The notes beneath the pieces were generated by a model. It searched no databases. It was not told where the DNA came from and saw only the letters and a list, made by a program, of their open reading frames with translations. A stretch of 64,000 nt of DNA, taken from Tubiluchus corallicola. Taxonomy: Eukaryota; Animalia; Priapulida. Numbering within the stretch: position 1 is the first letter of the stretch; each line of letters opens with the position of its first letter. A program made the translations under genes and the position numbers. The stretch is taken from assembly GCA_030141605.1 (NCBI GenBank), contig JAQGDQ010000993.1, positions 8,148-72,147 on the forward strand, in the 5' to 3' direction. Below, piece by piece: positions 28,587-46,267 of the stretch.

Positions 28587-28790
28587 CCGGAGAGAAAGCT
28601 CAACGAAATCAAAACGCAAGCAACTTTGAGAGAAGAAAGAATACAACAGAAGACAGAGAAGTATACGGAGATCATCTCTTACCGGAAGTTGAGATAAGGT
28701 AAGCAATTAAATTCTGAACTTTTTGTACATAATCAGCTGTCAGTCTCACTGCCTTTTTGAGGTTTTGTTCGTTGACTTGTCGCTCGGGAT

Positions 28791-28834
<44 letters not shown>

Positions 28835-29438
28835 ATATTGTATATTATCTATTATATATTATATTATATATTGTATATTATCTATTATATTTTATATATT
28901 ATATATTATATATTATATTATATATACATATAATAATCTTTATTTGCCATTAAAATACATTGATAATCACTGATAAAAACTTTACTTTACTGAGATGATC
29001 AATCAGTGTTAGTTAATAAAAACTTACACTGCTAAAGGCAAATGCGTCGGTGCAATCTAAACTACTGTGCAGTAATGGAAAGTAGCGACGAAAAAATCAA
29101 ACGTATTTACAACTATGCACAAAAAATGAAAAACTATGATTTAATTAACATGGCCATGGATATATGAATTCTGAATTAGTGTGTATGTTGTCGTACTGGT
29201 GTGATGGTATTTCATATCTGGTTAATATTAGTGATTTTAATTTTGTTTTAAATGCTATATTATACGAAGTGCAAACAAATCACACAAACAGCACTTCATA
29301 TCTTTGAATTGCAAGCCTACAGAACTCGCAATATTCGACAGCCATTTTGCTACAAACGCATAGTTATCTAATTGAGTTGAAATTTCACACATGGTGAAAT
29401 CTTAGATGTCTAAAAATTTTCAGATTTGAAAGTGAAAA

Positions 29439-30677
29439 ATGTTGAGCGGAATTTCGACATTGCTCCTCCTGCTGGTGGTTTCAGCAGCATCAGCAGCACC
29501 AGCAGCACCTGCAACTACAACAATCATAGAAAGACCCATTCCTCTTTGGTATCAGCTGGGAGTCCCTTTTCATCTCACTCAGTTTACGGGAGCTGATTAT
29601 CGTCGAGGTCACTTTTACGATCCAACGAAGCCATTGAAAGTGGAGGCGGATTCCGGTCCAAAACAACCACCGTACATTGGAGGAAACTTTGGACTTGATC
29701 CACTTGGAAAGGTTTACAATCCATATAACTCACCTCCACTATCGTTTGGAGCAGGAAAAGGCGTCAGTCTTGCCGACTTTGCCGGTTTTGGACGCCCGGG
29801 CATTGGAGATTTATTTCAAGGTAAGACAACATATTTAAAAGCAAAGTACCAAAATGCGTAGTACACAAATTACGTATAATATCATTATTTGGAGTAATTG
29901 ATCCGTACTGTACCGTAGTAGCAGTAGTCAGCTCGTGTGCGTTGATGCAAAAAAGTTGTTTGAATTAAACAAGACTCAATGAACTGACGGAAACAAGTGA
30001 TTTATCAATAAACGCAATGTTCTCGTAGACGCTAATAATTCGTCAAAAAACGTCAAAAAATAAATATGTAGCTTTTAGTTCAGAAAGTTGACCTGATTGG
30101 GCAAAACCAATGTAATTTTTGGATTAAGCACGTCAAAATTATCCTAACTCAGTTAAAAAACTTGAACAATAAATTTAGTGTTGACCAGTGTAATTGACAA
30201 CAACCACTCACGCCAGTTACTGTATAACGTATTATACTTGTATTGTCCTCGTGTAGGTGGCAGCACACAGCAACCATCTGCTTAGTTTGATCAGATCACT
30301 CACACCAGTTACTGTATAACGTATTATACTTGTATTGTCCTCGTGTAGGTGGCAGCACATTGCAACCATCTGCTTTGAACAAAATTATAAGCAGCAAAGT
30401 TTTCTAAGTTGCCATATTTGTGATGCTTAGACGTGCGATGTCTTTTTTTGTTACAGATTACAACTGCAAACTGCCGTGTCAAAATGGCGGATTCTGCAAC
30501 GACTATGATCTAGTTCAAGTTTGCGTCTGTCCGCTCAACTTTGGTGGAATTCTTTGCGAGATCAACAAAGATGTCGGCTACGGTGTCGAGTCTGCAGTGG
30601 GTCCTCTGAGGGTGGTTGCAGAAGCAGCGGTTGGAGGCGGTTGGAGGAGAGGACGTAGAAGTGGAAGGAGGGGTTAA
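29439..30677 (+). CDS. Secreted 200-aa protein: signal peptide, Pro/Gly/aromatic-rich region, one EGF-like domain, Arg/Gly-rich basic tail
   Basis: Exon 29439-29820 (CAAG|gtaaga) plus exon 30457-30677 (ttacag|), phase 1. EGF pattern C.LPCQNGG.C........C.C...FGG..CE. Probable non-coding exon about 28608-28698 (AAG|gtaagc). Confidence 0.85.
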
Positions 30678-32216
30678 TCGAAGTCATCAAGTTTTGCAAA
30701 TAGAGACAAAGCAAATCGTACCTGTTTAGTAACTTGTCGTACCATTGTAGTTGTTTGCTATGACGTCATTAGGCCTGCCATTAAATCAGCTGACAGTTCT
30801 GCAGTGTTTTTTTGCGTATGTATCATAGAATTGTTTAGAATTTGATAGTAAATGATAGGGTAGGTAGCTGATAAAGTGAAAGTCTTGATTGATTGAGTGC
30901 CGTACAAGAAGAGGAAAGCAGGAAAGTGAAGTTCCCGGATCTAGGAAAGGTTACTCAATGTCGTCAAGTTTTGTGAATAAAAATTTCCATCGCTTTATTT
31001 ACAAAACTTGATGACTTTGATAATCATCGTCATCATCGTCAATCATTGTGCTTGTTGTCCGTCACCATCGTCATTATCATCACCATCATCATCATCACCG
31101 TCATCATCGTCAATCACTGTCATTGTTGTCCGTCACAAATGTCATTATCTTCACCATCATCATCATCATCATCAGCGTCATCATCATCAGAGTCATCGTC
31201 AGGGCCATTCTGAAAGTAGGCAGCTAACTGATAATATAGTAATGATGTAATATCTACGAAAAATGTACATCTACAGGGTATGCGTATAACACGTTTAAGT
31301 TATATACGCTAGTATTTAAGTTATATTAATATAACAGTATTTAAAATTAATAAGTTAAGAGTGTATTAAATTATGTGTGTTAATGTGTTAAATTATGTGT
31401 GTTAATGTGTTAAATCATGTGTGTTAATGTGTTAAATTATGTGTGTTAATGTGTTAAATTACGTGTGTTAATGTGTTAAATTATGTGTGTTAATGTGTTA
31501 AATCATGTGTGTTAATGTGTTAAATTATGTGCGTTAATGTGTTAAATTACTTGTGTTAATGTGTTAAATTATGTGTGTTAATGTGTTAAATTATGTGTGT
31601 TAATGTGTTAAATTATGTGTGTTAATAACTGTGGCAAAATATCAAGAATGTCGCAGCGATACAGGTGGTCGGAAATACAGGGTTTTTTATAAAAGAAATG
31701 GATCAATTATTGTAGTTGCATTATCTCAAAGACCTAAACCAAGTTTTGAGTTTTAGGATTATATAATTCCTAAATTTTTCATATAAAGAGTAAGAGATTA
31801 TAAGAAATAGAGGACTAGAATAGCTGTAAAAATGAGCATTGACTCGTGTAATGTGCAGGTTTTACAATGCAGTCCAACTGACTGTATAAGTAGATGTCAC
31901 TATTAGTACTAACGTAGGAAAATGTGATAGATTGTTGACTTACAGGGATTTTATACCTTGTTTATCTATGGAACATTTATATGTAGTAAAATGTAAAACT
32001 GTGGACCTGACAAAACTGAAATCGATTGATAAATGTGCTCACTCATTTAATGTTTATTTATTATTTATTTTTATATTTTATAAAGATTTATAATGATGTG
32101 TGACGTTGAAACTTACGTGTAAGAAATAAAACTAAAAATAAAATAACATTATTGTAATGTTTTGAATATAAATTGTGCCTCTTCAAAAATTAGTTCTACA
32201 TATGATCGTCTCTCTT

Positions 32217-32324
<108 letters not shown>

Positions 32325-32351
32325 CCTCTCTCTCTCTCTCTCTCTCTCTCT

Positions 32352-32420
<69 letters not shown>

Positions 32421-32977
32421 CGCTCTCTTTCTTTCTCTTAATTTTTCCTCTCTTCTCCCGGGCTTAACACTCGCATTGTCTACAGTTTTTGCGAAGATAA
32501 ATACATTCCGACGTCATTTATGATTGATGTCACTAAAATTCGTGAGAAGACTAACACACATACGAGCAGAATATACAAATATAGTACAATCATTTAATAA
32601 CAATCTTCACTGGTGATACTTAGGCCTACCTAATACTTTAATTTTTATACACATTTTTCTTTTCTGTTAATGTCTTACACAGTGAATAAGTATGTCATAT
32701 CCACAATGTAATAAAGAGAAAAGAACATGTATAAAAAATATAAATGTTTTTGTCAGCATCCCTGGGAAAAGTTGTTTTCAATTATGACAGATTTGCAATT
32801 TTCTATATGTTATATAGGCTTATATGTATATATATATGACCTAGGTGTAACTATTGCTATCAGAAGGTAAATGTATCAATAACCCGTTTCACACTGCGCA
32901 TGTGTTTATCGTAAGTTCTGTATACATTAGACAAAAAGACCAGCTAGGCTTATTTCACGAAAGCAAAATCAATAGCT

Positions 32978-37140
<4,163 letters not shown>

Positions 37141-39993
37141 CTGAAAAATCGCATTAACAATACCAATAAATATCGATTATTGTATTGATTACTAATCATT
37201 AGAAATGGCTTATTTAATTACATTCATTGATACTTTGTCGAGCTGCCTCAATTTCAATTGTTAACATGTGAAACCATACACTGAGTAGTTGTAATAGACA
37301 CTTGGGCAACGTTTGTCAAATTATTTCAAACGTTTTCTATCAGAACTTTAAATCAATGAATCGTAACGATGACCTAGTGAAAATATGGCAATTGCAATAC
37401 ATACCAAGTATAAACGAAATTCAAATCTATTTTATTTCAACCGAAACAAATTGTCTATGGTTAACACAACAGTAAAAGGTAAGTTAATGCCTTTAAAATG
37501 AATCAATATGCAACAACATACAGTACCTATTAAACCCCAAAACAACAAGACCTGCGTAGTCCTGTACTTAAAAATGTTCATAATTTTTTAAAGGTTTTTG
37601 TCACAATTTCGTGAAGATGTGAGTTACAGTTAGCAGCCATGTTGGCACAACACACATTAGTAAGTTTTAAGCATTTTGAATAAATAATATTGCACAAACA
37701 TTATGACATTGTAAGCTACCACTTCATGGAAGATCTTGCCACCACACATAACTGAACCCTTCTGTCTATATTATAGTGTGTTTCAACAGTTGTGGATCCT
37801 CCCTCCAAGCAGGGTGCACAGCAACAGATTAATTTGGGTTTAAGCCTCTGAGTTATTCTTGTGACATGTTCAAACAAGAAAAACACGAACTTTAAGTCTT
37901 CGTATATACCAAGCATAAAATAGAATAAACTTATTCTATAAGAATCTTATTTTGCAGAAATAGTATCAGTATGTTAGGGAGAAAAACAGCCGACGATAAG
38001 ATTTCTGTGAGAGAAACTAATAGATTTGATGAATTAATTTTGACGAAGCATTTCAAAAGTAGCAATTCAAAATTAATTAATACTTAGATTAGAACTGTTT
38101 AAATAGGTTTAGCGCCTAAAATTATGCGAATAAAAAGCAGACGAAAATTTAGAAGTTGGTTAACGATCTGAGATTAATTCTATTTTCAAGCTTTAAGACA
38201 TTCTAGTTTCAAAATTCGCAAGTGAAAATACAAAAATTAGATGTGAAATGTGCTGTTTTTTGTTTTAGATGAATATGTTGGTGCTCAAGCCTGTTTAGTT
38301 TGAAAGTTGTACATACGACGCTCAGATTTTCATACATTTCTGGCAGAATATGGAAACTTCTTTCTTCCAGATTTATTTTCGTTTTATGGAATTTTTATCT
38401 TTCTAATAGAATATAAATGTTTCTGTCTGTTAAGCTGTTCTTGCTTTATTATATTTTTGCATTTCTGTTTTGTTATTTTGTATTGTGTATAGTATGTATG
38501 CGTCTTAGTTGAATAAGTGTTTTGTTTATTTGTTATTTTGCATGTTGCGTATGTTGTGTTGTGTACATTGCAATCAACTTGCACAATTTCTGGTATGAAA
38601 ACATGTTGAAAATAACTGTAGTAAAGTAGTAACTGAAATGGATACAAAACACCAGTTTAACATGTTGACCAAAAGTTTCTTTATTCTGAAATACAATTAT
38701 TAACATTTAGTTTAATTTGCATTGAGTAGAAGAAATTAGTTGCATAATTAAATGTGTTGCTATAGCTAAGAACTGATATAAAATTTATAAAGACTACATT
38801 ATATTGAAATTAATTAATAATAACTTACGTAGTTAATTATAACTTCAACAATAACTGACGTTGTTAGAGCCTTTAACAATTACAAAGACAGGAATGAGAA
38901 CTCCAAGTACCCTTAAGAACAAAAATGTCACAAAAATAAATTCGTAAGAAATTCACAGTCATAATGCGTAAGAAAAATAGAGCAATGGCGGAGAGAACCA
39001 AAAGACAGGTAAAATGTCATACAACTACTACAGCTATAGCTCACGAAAGACCAAAATGCTAATGTATTGAAGGATATTGGGTGCTTCAATTTTAAAAGAG
39101 TAACTACTGTAAAAAGTAAAAAGCCTACTAAATAAACAAGCAGGTGGCAGCACCGTGGCAGTAATTGAAAACTAAATTAAAACCAAAAAAGGGCTTATGC
39201 ACCCACTACAGTAAGATTGGTTTTGAGTTTTGTATTGGGAAGTTAAGTCAGATAAATAGACCTCTGCTTGAATGCTAAATAACAAAGAAATTAATGAGGC
39301 CTACGAAGAATTGTCAAATCAAACTGCAAACAATAGCAGCACAACAACAATAGCAATAGTGGCAACAACAGTACAGCAACAGAAACAACAATTGAGCAAC
39401 CTACATACAATAATAGTAAAATATTGTCGTAAGATACTACTCGTGATTTGTTTACATTGCTTTAGTCAACAAACAGTAATTACACGTCGACGGGTAGCTA
39501 TTACACACTACAACACACACACACATTCAATTCTCCAGCGGAAGTCCGGTCAGAAACCGTTTCCGTTCGCTCTTGTCGAAGTCTGTTCAAAAACGACCTA
39601 CTATGTCTTGCTTCTTCCTTCTTCCAAGAAACGAAATTGACATTTAATAGTTACATTTATTGAAAATAAAGTTCAGCGCTTTAATTTTTGGGCAAGCGTA
39701 TGTTTTTCTCTGTAAAATTATCATGATTAGTATGGTCAAAATGTTATTCAGTGGTAAATAAAGTGATTATTGTGAAGTTTGAACAGGAGAGGAAGTCACT
39801 GATAATTCTGCGCATCAGGTACTAATTATAGCGGAAGTACGAGGTTGTACTTCTAAAACTGTTTTAAACGATTTGAAACTGTAACATGTGTGCTTCAGTA
39901 TTTTCACGCTGTCCTGATGTGGTTATTTTATCAAAATACGTTTTCTGCGTCTTTCTAAAGAGGTTATGTCACACCACATAAATTTTTTTGACT

Positions 39994-40974
39994 CTAGGAA
40001 AAGTTACTTAACATAGTATCGACTGTGGCGCCAGTATTTCTGCAGCGGATGACTTTGCGATATGCCCTACGAAAATTTCTATCTCTCATACCGTATATGA
40101 CCGGATTAAAGAACGAGTTACAGTAGACGAAAGTGCACACTATCATCACGTCTGGATGAGTTGCTGCAGTTGGATTTAACAAAGAGTTTAAAACATCTGT
40201 AAGCACAACCACAACGGCTGGAAGCCAGCACGAGAGAAACGCGACTAGCACGATTAGAGTAGTGACAAATGGTTTCATTTCTCTTTTAAAGCGCTCCTGT
40301 TGAAGGGCAGGTTCGGCAGAGTTTGTTCCAGTTTGCAACCTAATTTGTTTAGAGTGATAGCGAGCTATGTTCATTATACGAATGTAGAAGTACGCAATCA
40401 CTGGAGTCGGTAGGAAAAATGTAGCAGTCAACCAAAGCAGTAGGTGACTTGGTGACAGTACTGTCAGTAGAAAGCAAGACGCTATGCCATGATACTCGTT
40501 TGACCATCCAAAATACGGTAATGATACTAACGTCAGAGAGGCTAACCACGACGCAAATACCAGTAAAATTATACGCATATTAGTCATGATATTATCACTG
40601 TTAAGTGGATAAACAATTTTTGTGTACTGACTTGCGGATATGAGCAAAATGCTGTACATTGAAAGAGAAGACCAGCATGCTGTAGTTGTAAATGTAGTAA
40701 GACACGCATGTTTGGATATCATCAGTTCCGGTATAAAAACTGTTAGCGCCATGTACAGCATAGATATTCCTGTCAGTAAGTCTGCAACTGCCAAGTTTCC
40801 AACAAACACGTAGGCTGCACTATGGAAACGTTTTTCCATCGCCAACGTAATCAGAACAAGTGTGTTACTGAACACTATAACAAAGGATATTGCAATCGTG
40901 GAAATCAAAAGAAAAAACGTATAGTCAAACAAAGCAGACGATGTGTCAGACGTAGTTACATTAGTAACGTTCAT
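39994..40974 (-). CDS. Mirror copy of class A GPCR
   Basis: Identical translation to 14761..15741. Confidence 0.92.
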   Translation of the reverse strand: MNVTNVTTSDTSSALFDYTFFLLISTIAISFVIVFSNTLVLITLAMEKRFHSAAYVFVGNLAVADLLTGISMLYMALTVFIPELMISKHACLTTFTTTACWSSLSMYSILLISASQYTKIVYPLNSDNIMTNMRIILLVFASWLASLTLVSLPYFGWSNEYHGIASCFLLTVLSPSHLLLWLTATFFLPTPVIAYFYIRIMNIARYHSKQIRLQTGTNSAEPALQQERFKREMKPFVTTLIVLVAFLSCWLPAVVVVLTDVLNSLLNPTAATHPDVMIVCTFVYCNSFFNPVIYGMRDRNFRRAYRKVIRCRNTGATVDTMLSNFS

Positions 40975-41947
40975 TTTATGAAAAAATAATGGCTGCCACT
41001 GTAAAAACAATAAAAATATGTTTTTCCCCAACAATGTAACCAAATGAAAACACCTATTCCTGTTTGTAAACAACATAAGAAAAGATGTCACAATAAAGAT
41101 GCAAGTTTTGAAAAGCATATGTTTAGTAAACAAGGCACGATTTTCCAAGTGGTTATGTTAGTTACATTGCTTTTGAGAAATCGTTCAGAATATTATCTCC
41201 TGAAAACCCAGAATTAAGCCTGCTTTGCTCAACAACAGACTGTTACGCTAACTGAGTCTATTAGTTCTTATATAGTGGAAAACGTAAGTCGTGTAGGTCT
41301 TCTTTCGGCGTTTTGTTACATGTCGCAATTAAAACAGAAACCTTATACATTGATAAATTTCAAGAAAACAATTTTCTGGATTGAAATCCTGTCCAATTCC
41401 GAAATTTGCTTGAGCTAGGATTACGGAAGAGATTAGAAAAGAGAATATATGTGCGCGCAAATACATGTAGCACGAAAGAAATATTATAGCCTTGTCGTCC
41501 GTTTATACAAAAGGCAGGAAACCGCGGGGTTTTCCCCTCTTAATTGCTCTACGATTTTACAGGTGCCGTTGTTCATACACAATGCGGGACAAATAATCGC
41601 CCGCGCCGTTTCCAGCACTCATTGCTCTCTGAGCGATTTTTTTTACAAAAACCGCGCGTTTTTCCCACTAGATTGCAATCGGAAGTGGGCTTTGTTAATA
41701 CGTAATCGGCAAGGCAGTTAGCTGAAAAAAGAAATCTCTACTGGTCTATACGTGCTTATAAACTGCACATTGCACAATGGCTGATAAAAACTGAAACAAT
41801 AATATTGTAAGTGGAAGAGAATACAATGTTATATGATAAACGCCTAACTGAGTACAAAGATAGTACAAGAAACAACTTTTACAAAAGAACTTTTCTGATT
41901 ATTTGCATGAGATTCTCTCTGTCTGTCTTCCTCCTGTTTGTGTGCTC

Positions 41948-42044
<97 letters not shown>

Positions 42045-42347
42045 TTCTTCCAACTCACACTTTTCATCATACAATGGTCATTTTTTGCAATAATTCCTAC
42101 ACTGATGTATGTGTCTTCTACCATAATTTTTCACGATCTCGTCTATGTAAATACAGTGTCAACATTTCATTCACAACGAACGACGTCATTTCTGAAAGTG
42201 GTGTAGAAGCTACCAAAAGCCGCTTCATATTCGAAGCGAGAAAGGAATTTTCCTTCGCGAGAAACCGCCCTATGTATAAACGGGGCGTTACCGATTTTAC
42301 GTAATTATAAAGAAATGCAGAGAGAAAGTGTGAAACAGAGCGAGGAA

Positions 42348-42614
<267 letters not shown>

Positions 42615-43354
42615 GGGGGAGGGAGAAAGAGAGTCTGCCCTTTCTATTGTCATTCTTGTACATTGAAGTGAAAATTTTCCAGCAAGTGGTCGAACATACT
42701 TGGTGTTATCTGAATAAAATGTCCTACTTCTGCTTTCAGTTCTCTAATATATTCTGATAACAACGTTTTCTTTCATTTGTTTGCTGCAACCACTTTTTAC
42801 CCAAAAAATTCTTTTTCCTCTGATTTCGTTTTCCTTTTCAGATGCAAATGATATAGACGAAGCTCGTTGTCTTGTGTTTTGTGTTTTGTTAGAATTTGGA
42901 AGGACCGTGTGGACAGAGTTCAGTGTTTGAATGTGATTCTTTTGAATGTAAGTGTTTTGAACGACCATGTAGACAGAGTTCAGTGATTGAATGTGATTCT
43001 TTTGAATGTTAGTGTTTTAAAGGACCATGTGGACAGAGTTCAGTGTTTGAATCTTAGTAAGAATCACTCTATCGTAAACAATCTAACATTGGAAATGTCT
43101 ACCTTGTTGGTCAGTTGTGAAGAACGAAATTATTTCTACTGTTATAACCGCTGGAGAGTACGTAGTCTAGCGCACATCTTGTAAAGCGTGTCTTGTAAAC
43201 AGAAGGTCCCTTGTTCAAATCCTGGTTCTGTTACAACTTTTTCACAGTTCTTGTTTTTCAAGTTTAGTTTTAAATTTAATTAATAGTGTATGTAATCAAG
43301 ATGCAGATACCTTTTTATTTATATAAGAAGAAAATTGTTTGATGCTTGATGGGA

Positions 43355-46267
43355 TTATGCAATATACAGTACATATGTAATTCTTGTATCGTCTTTATCT
43401 GAATCTCCTAAAACAGGATTAACTAAAACATTATCTTTTTACCCTTGAAGGAGAAGAAAAGGGATACCTGAAATAAGTTTCAGAAAAATTGCCTTAAAAA
43501 TTACACTACTTCATAGCAATTTTATGCACCTATGGTATTCGTGTTGAAAGTAATTTTCGTTTGATTGCATTTTAAATTTCGCGCAATATTGTTCCGACGG
43601 CACCATTACATGACGTCACTAAAACAGGTAAATCAGGGGAAGAAAAGGAAATGTTAAATTATGTCCCAAAAAACTTTCCATGCAAATCCGTATTACTTAG
43701 CATTTCGCTTATCTGCGGGAAAGACTTATGTAACTAGAAAAAAATTATTAATCATGTAAAATATTTTCAGCAATTGGTACCATGTCGCTGACTCACCCTC
43801 CGGGGTGCACCACTCACTAACCAAAAACTTAGTTTTTAATCTTAATGACAAGATACAGTAATTTTAAATTTTATTCCGTTAGTGACTTGTGCCCTACGAA
43901 TGCTCTGATTATTTTTTTAAACTTTACAAGATGTTATCTAAATTGGTTTCAAATAACTTATCGTCAAAATGGCTGCGTAAAACAGTCATCGCGGGAGTTT
44001 CAATTTACAAGTTTTATACAGCATGACAGCAGACGCAAGTCTAATATGTACAATGGTAGTATGCAAGTGATATAAAATATGAAGCTTGATATAAGTTGAG
44101 GGTTTTCTTGGGCTTTAAAGCAATTTGAAAAACTGCCAGTACAGGTGTTCATTGATTTAATGTTGATTTGCAATTCGCTTAAAAGCACCAGATATCTTTA
44201 TTATATCTAATTTATTTCGAACATTAAACCACAAGTGAACAAGTTAAAAAAATAAATATTTAAAAAACGCATAATACTTACGAAAACATTAAATTGCTTG
44301 AACATTAAAGTATTACATTGCTGGCGTATACAACAGGTATAGGCATGTCACTGAATTAACATTACTGTATTTAATTACAAAGGAAAAAAGAATTTGTAAA
44401 ATAAAACAGTAAACGATAAAATTGTTTTGTACGGTAAACGTTTCTAAAACAATATGTTTTCTAAAAAATAAAACAACGAATAATAAAAGTGTTTTTTTGG
44501 TAATACAACAAAAAGTAAAAGGTTCTCTAAAAATAAAATGCATTTACTGAATGCATTTACCAAGAATTGGGCAAGCTAAATCTGCCAAATCGAATCCAAA
44601 AAAACGTTTAGGTTCACCGCATGTCATGCTTATGTTCCATTTAGGTTCCCATTTTAAGTGTTCCTCTATAGCCCAGCTAAGCTTCTTGTCACATTTCAGA
44701 TGGTAACCTGAAAATGAAATCCTTGTTAGCAAATGAGTACTGAGTAATTTAAATGAGTCATGAACAACGCGAAGAGTTTTGAAAGCTTTACAGACCGGTG
44801 TTTTATAAAAAATAGCAGAATTTGGTTAAATTTTTTAAGTTTTGCTTCGTCGCATTCTGCTGACTGTTACTCACTGTGTTTATTAGCTGGAGCAACTTTA
44901 CCATGTATTTCATGCGATGGTTCACCTTCTGAATTAAGCTGGTTCGCTAATGATCACGTACGACTGCTAACATACTTGAAAAGACATCAATGTCGTCATC
45001 TTGAATTTAAGATGGCAAATGGAAAATCGATGCAGAATTTGTTCTAGTATATCTCAGTAAAGCTTCATGACAACCGACTACGAGTTGGCGGAGCCTTAGA
45101 TTTTTTTCAAAAATGGTGTTACGTCGCCATCTTGAATTCGAAGCATTGGACCGAAAATCAAAATCCCGAACTCAGCAAAGTTTTGTGATGATCCACTGCG
45201 ATTTGGCAGAGCCTTGAGCTCTTTTCAAAAATGATGTTACTGCTGCCATTTCAATCTCAAAATGGTAGATCGAAAATACGATTACGCCAATCGAATGTGG
45301 AGCTTATTCTAAAATATGTTCCTATAAACTTTCATGGCGATCTCAATGGACTAGAACGTGGCGGATGCTAAGGGGATTGCTCACGCAACCACATAACTGT
45401 TTGGAGCTCAGAATAGGAATATGTTTTTACGACATCTCTCACAAATTTTGGCTATACCTAACTCTGGTCTAGTATTCCTTACTCCAAACCTCTAAAAACT
45501 GTCTACCAACTTGACGACAGGTTTCCTTCTCTTACAATTTTACAAAATGTAGTGATTCACCATAGACACTTTATCATTTTGATTTGCGAAAGATGAGACT
45601 TACCTTTTACTATTACAGTAACATTAGAGGAGGGTACACTCTCGTGTAGCTGAGGTTTGTTTATCCTCTTCACCCCTTCTGCGTACAAAAGCTCGAAATT
45701 TAAACTCTGAGTCAAATCCAATGCAGGAATCTTCAGTTTTGGGTGGGTAAATCGAATCTTCAGCGTTCTCAGACCATCTACCTTAGCAAAAGCCTTTGGG
45801 TGTATCTGTACAAGATTATGGTTAAACGAGAAGTTCAGTTCTTCAATAGTACCCTCAAGACAATGCTGATACAACTTAGTGAATTTGCTTTGTATTATAT
45901 TTAATGATTTCACTGACTTGCCTGGAAATTTCATGTAGAAAACATCTCCTTCTCCAGTCAGACCACCATCCCAGTCTAAACGTTCAATGTAAACGTGGCT
46001 TATAGGTTGAGGAAGTTTATCAGCTATATTTTGAAGGTCCCCAGACGTCAAGCAATGGTCTTCAAGCAATGGTATTCCAATGGAGCACAGATATTCACGG
46101 TTCGGCCTGCAGAATATAGTACAATTGTCTTCATTGTAATAATTCGTGACGTGAAAGCATTGAGGACATTCAATCTTCTCACAGAAGTCTGAAAACCCTG
46201 GCTGGATGTACGTCGCAACAATAACAAATATGGCAGATAAGCCTAAAGAAACTTTACATGCCTCCAT
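43355..46267 (-). CDS. Mirror copy of LRR/LRRCT protein gene
   Basis: Identical translations; exons 46267-45604, 44707-44561 and 43407-43355. Confidence 0.7.

Larger units (their letters stand above)
27124..28604. other. Unique spacer (1481 bp) of the palindrome
   Basis: Arm complementarity stops at 27123/28605. The spacer holds a TE copy and the upstream region of the EGF gene. Confidence 0.93.

Noticed and set aside
43150-43230. Functional tRNA gene
   Set aside because: Only B-box-like and anticodon-like remnants; no convincing acceptor stem or D-arm.
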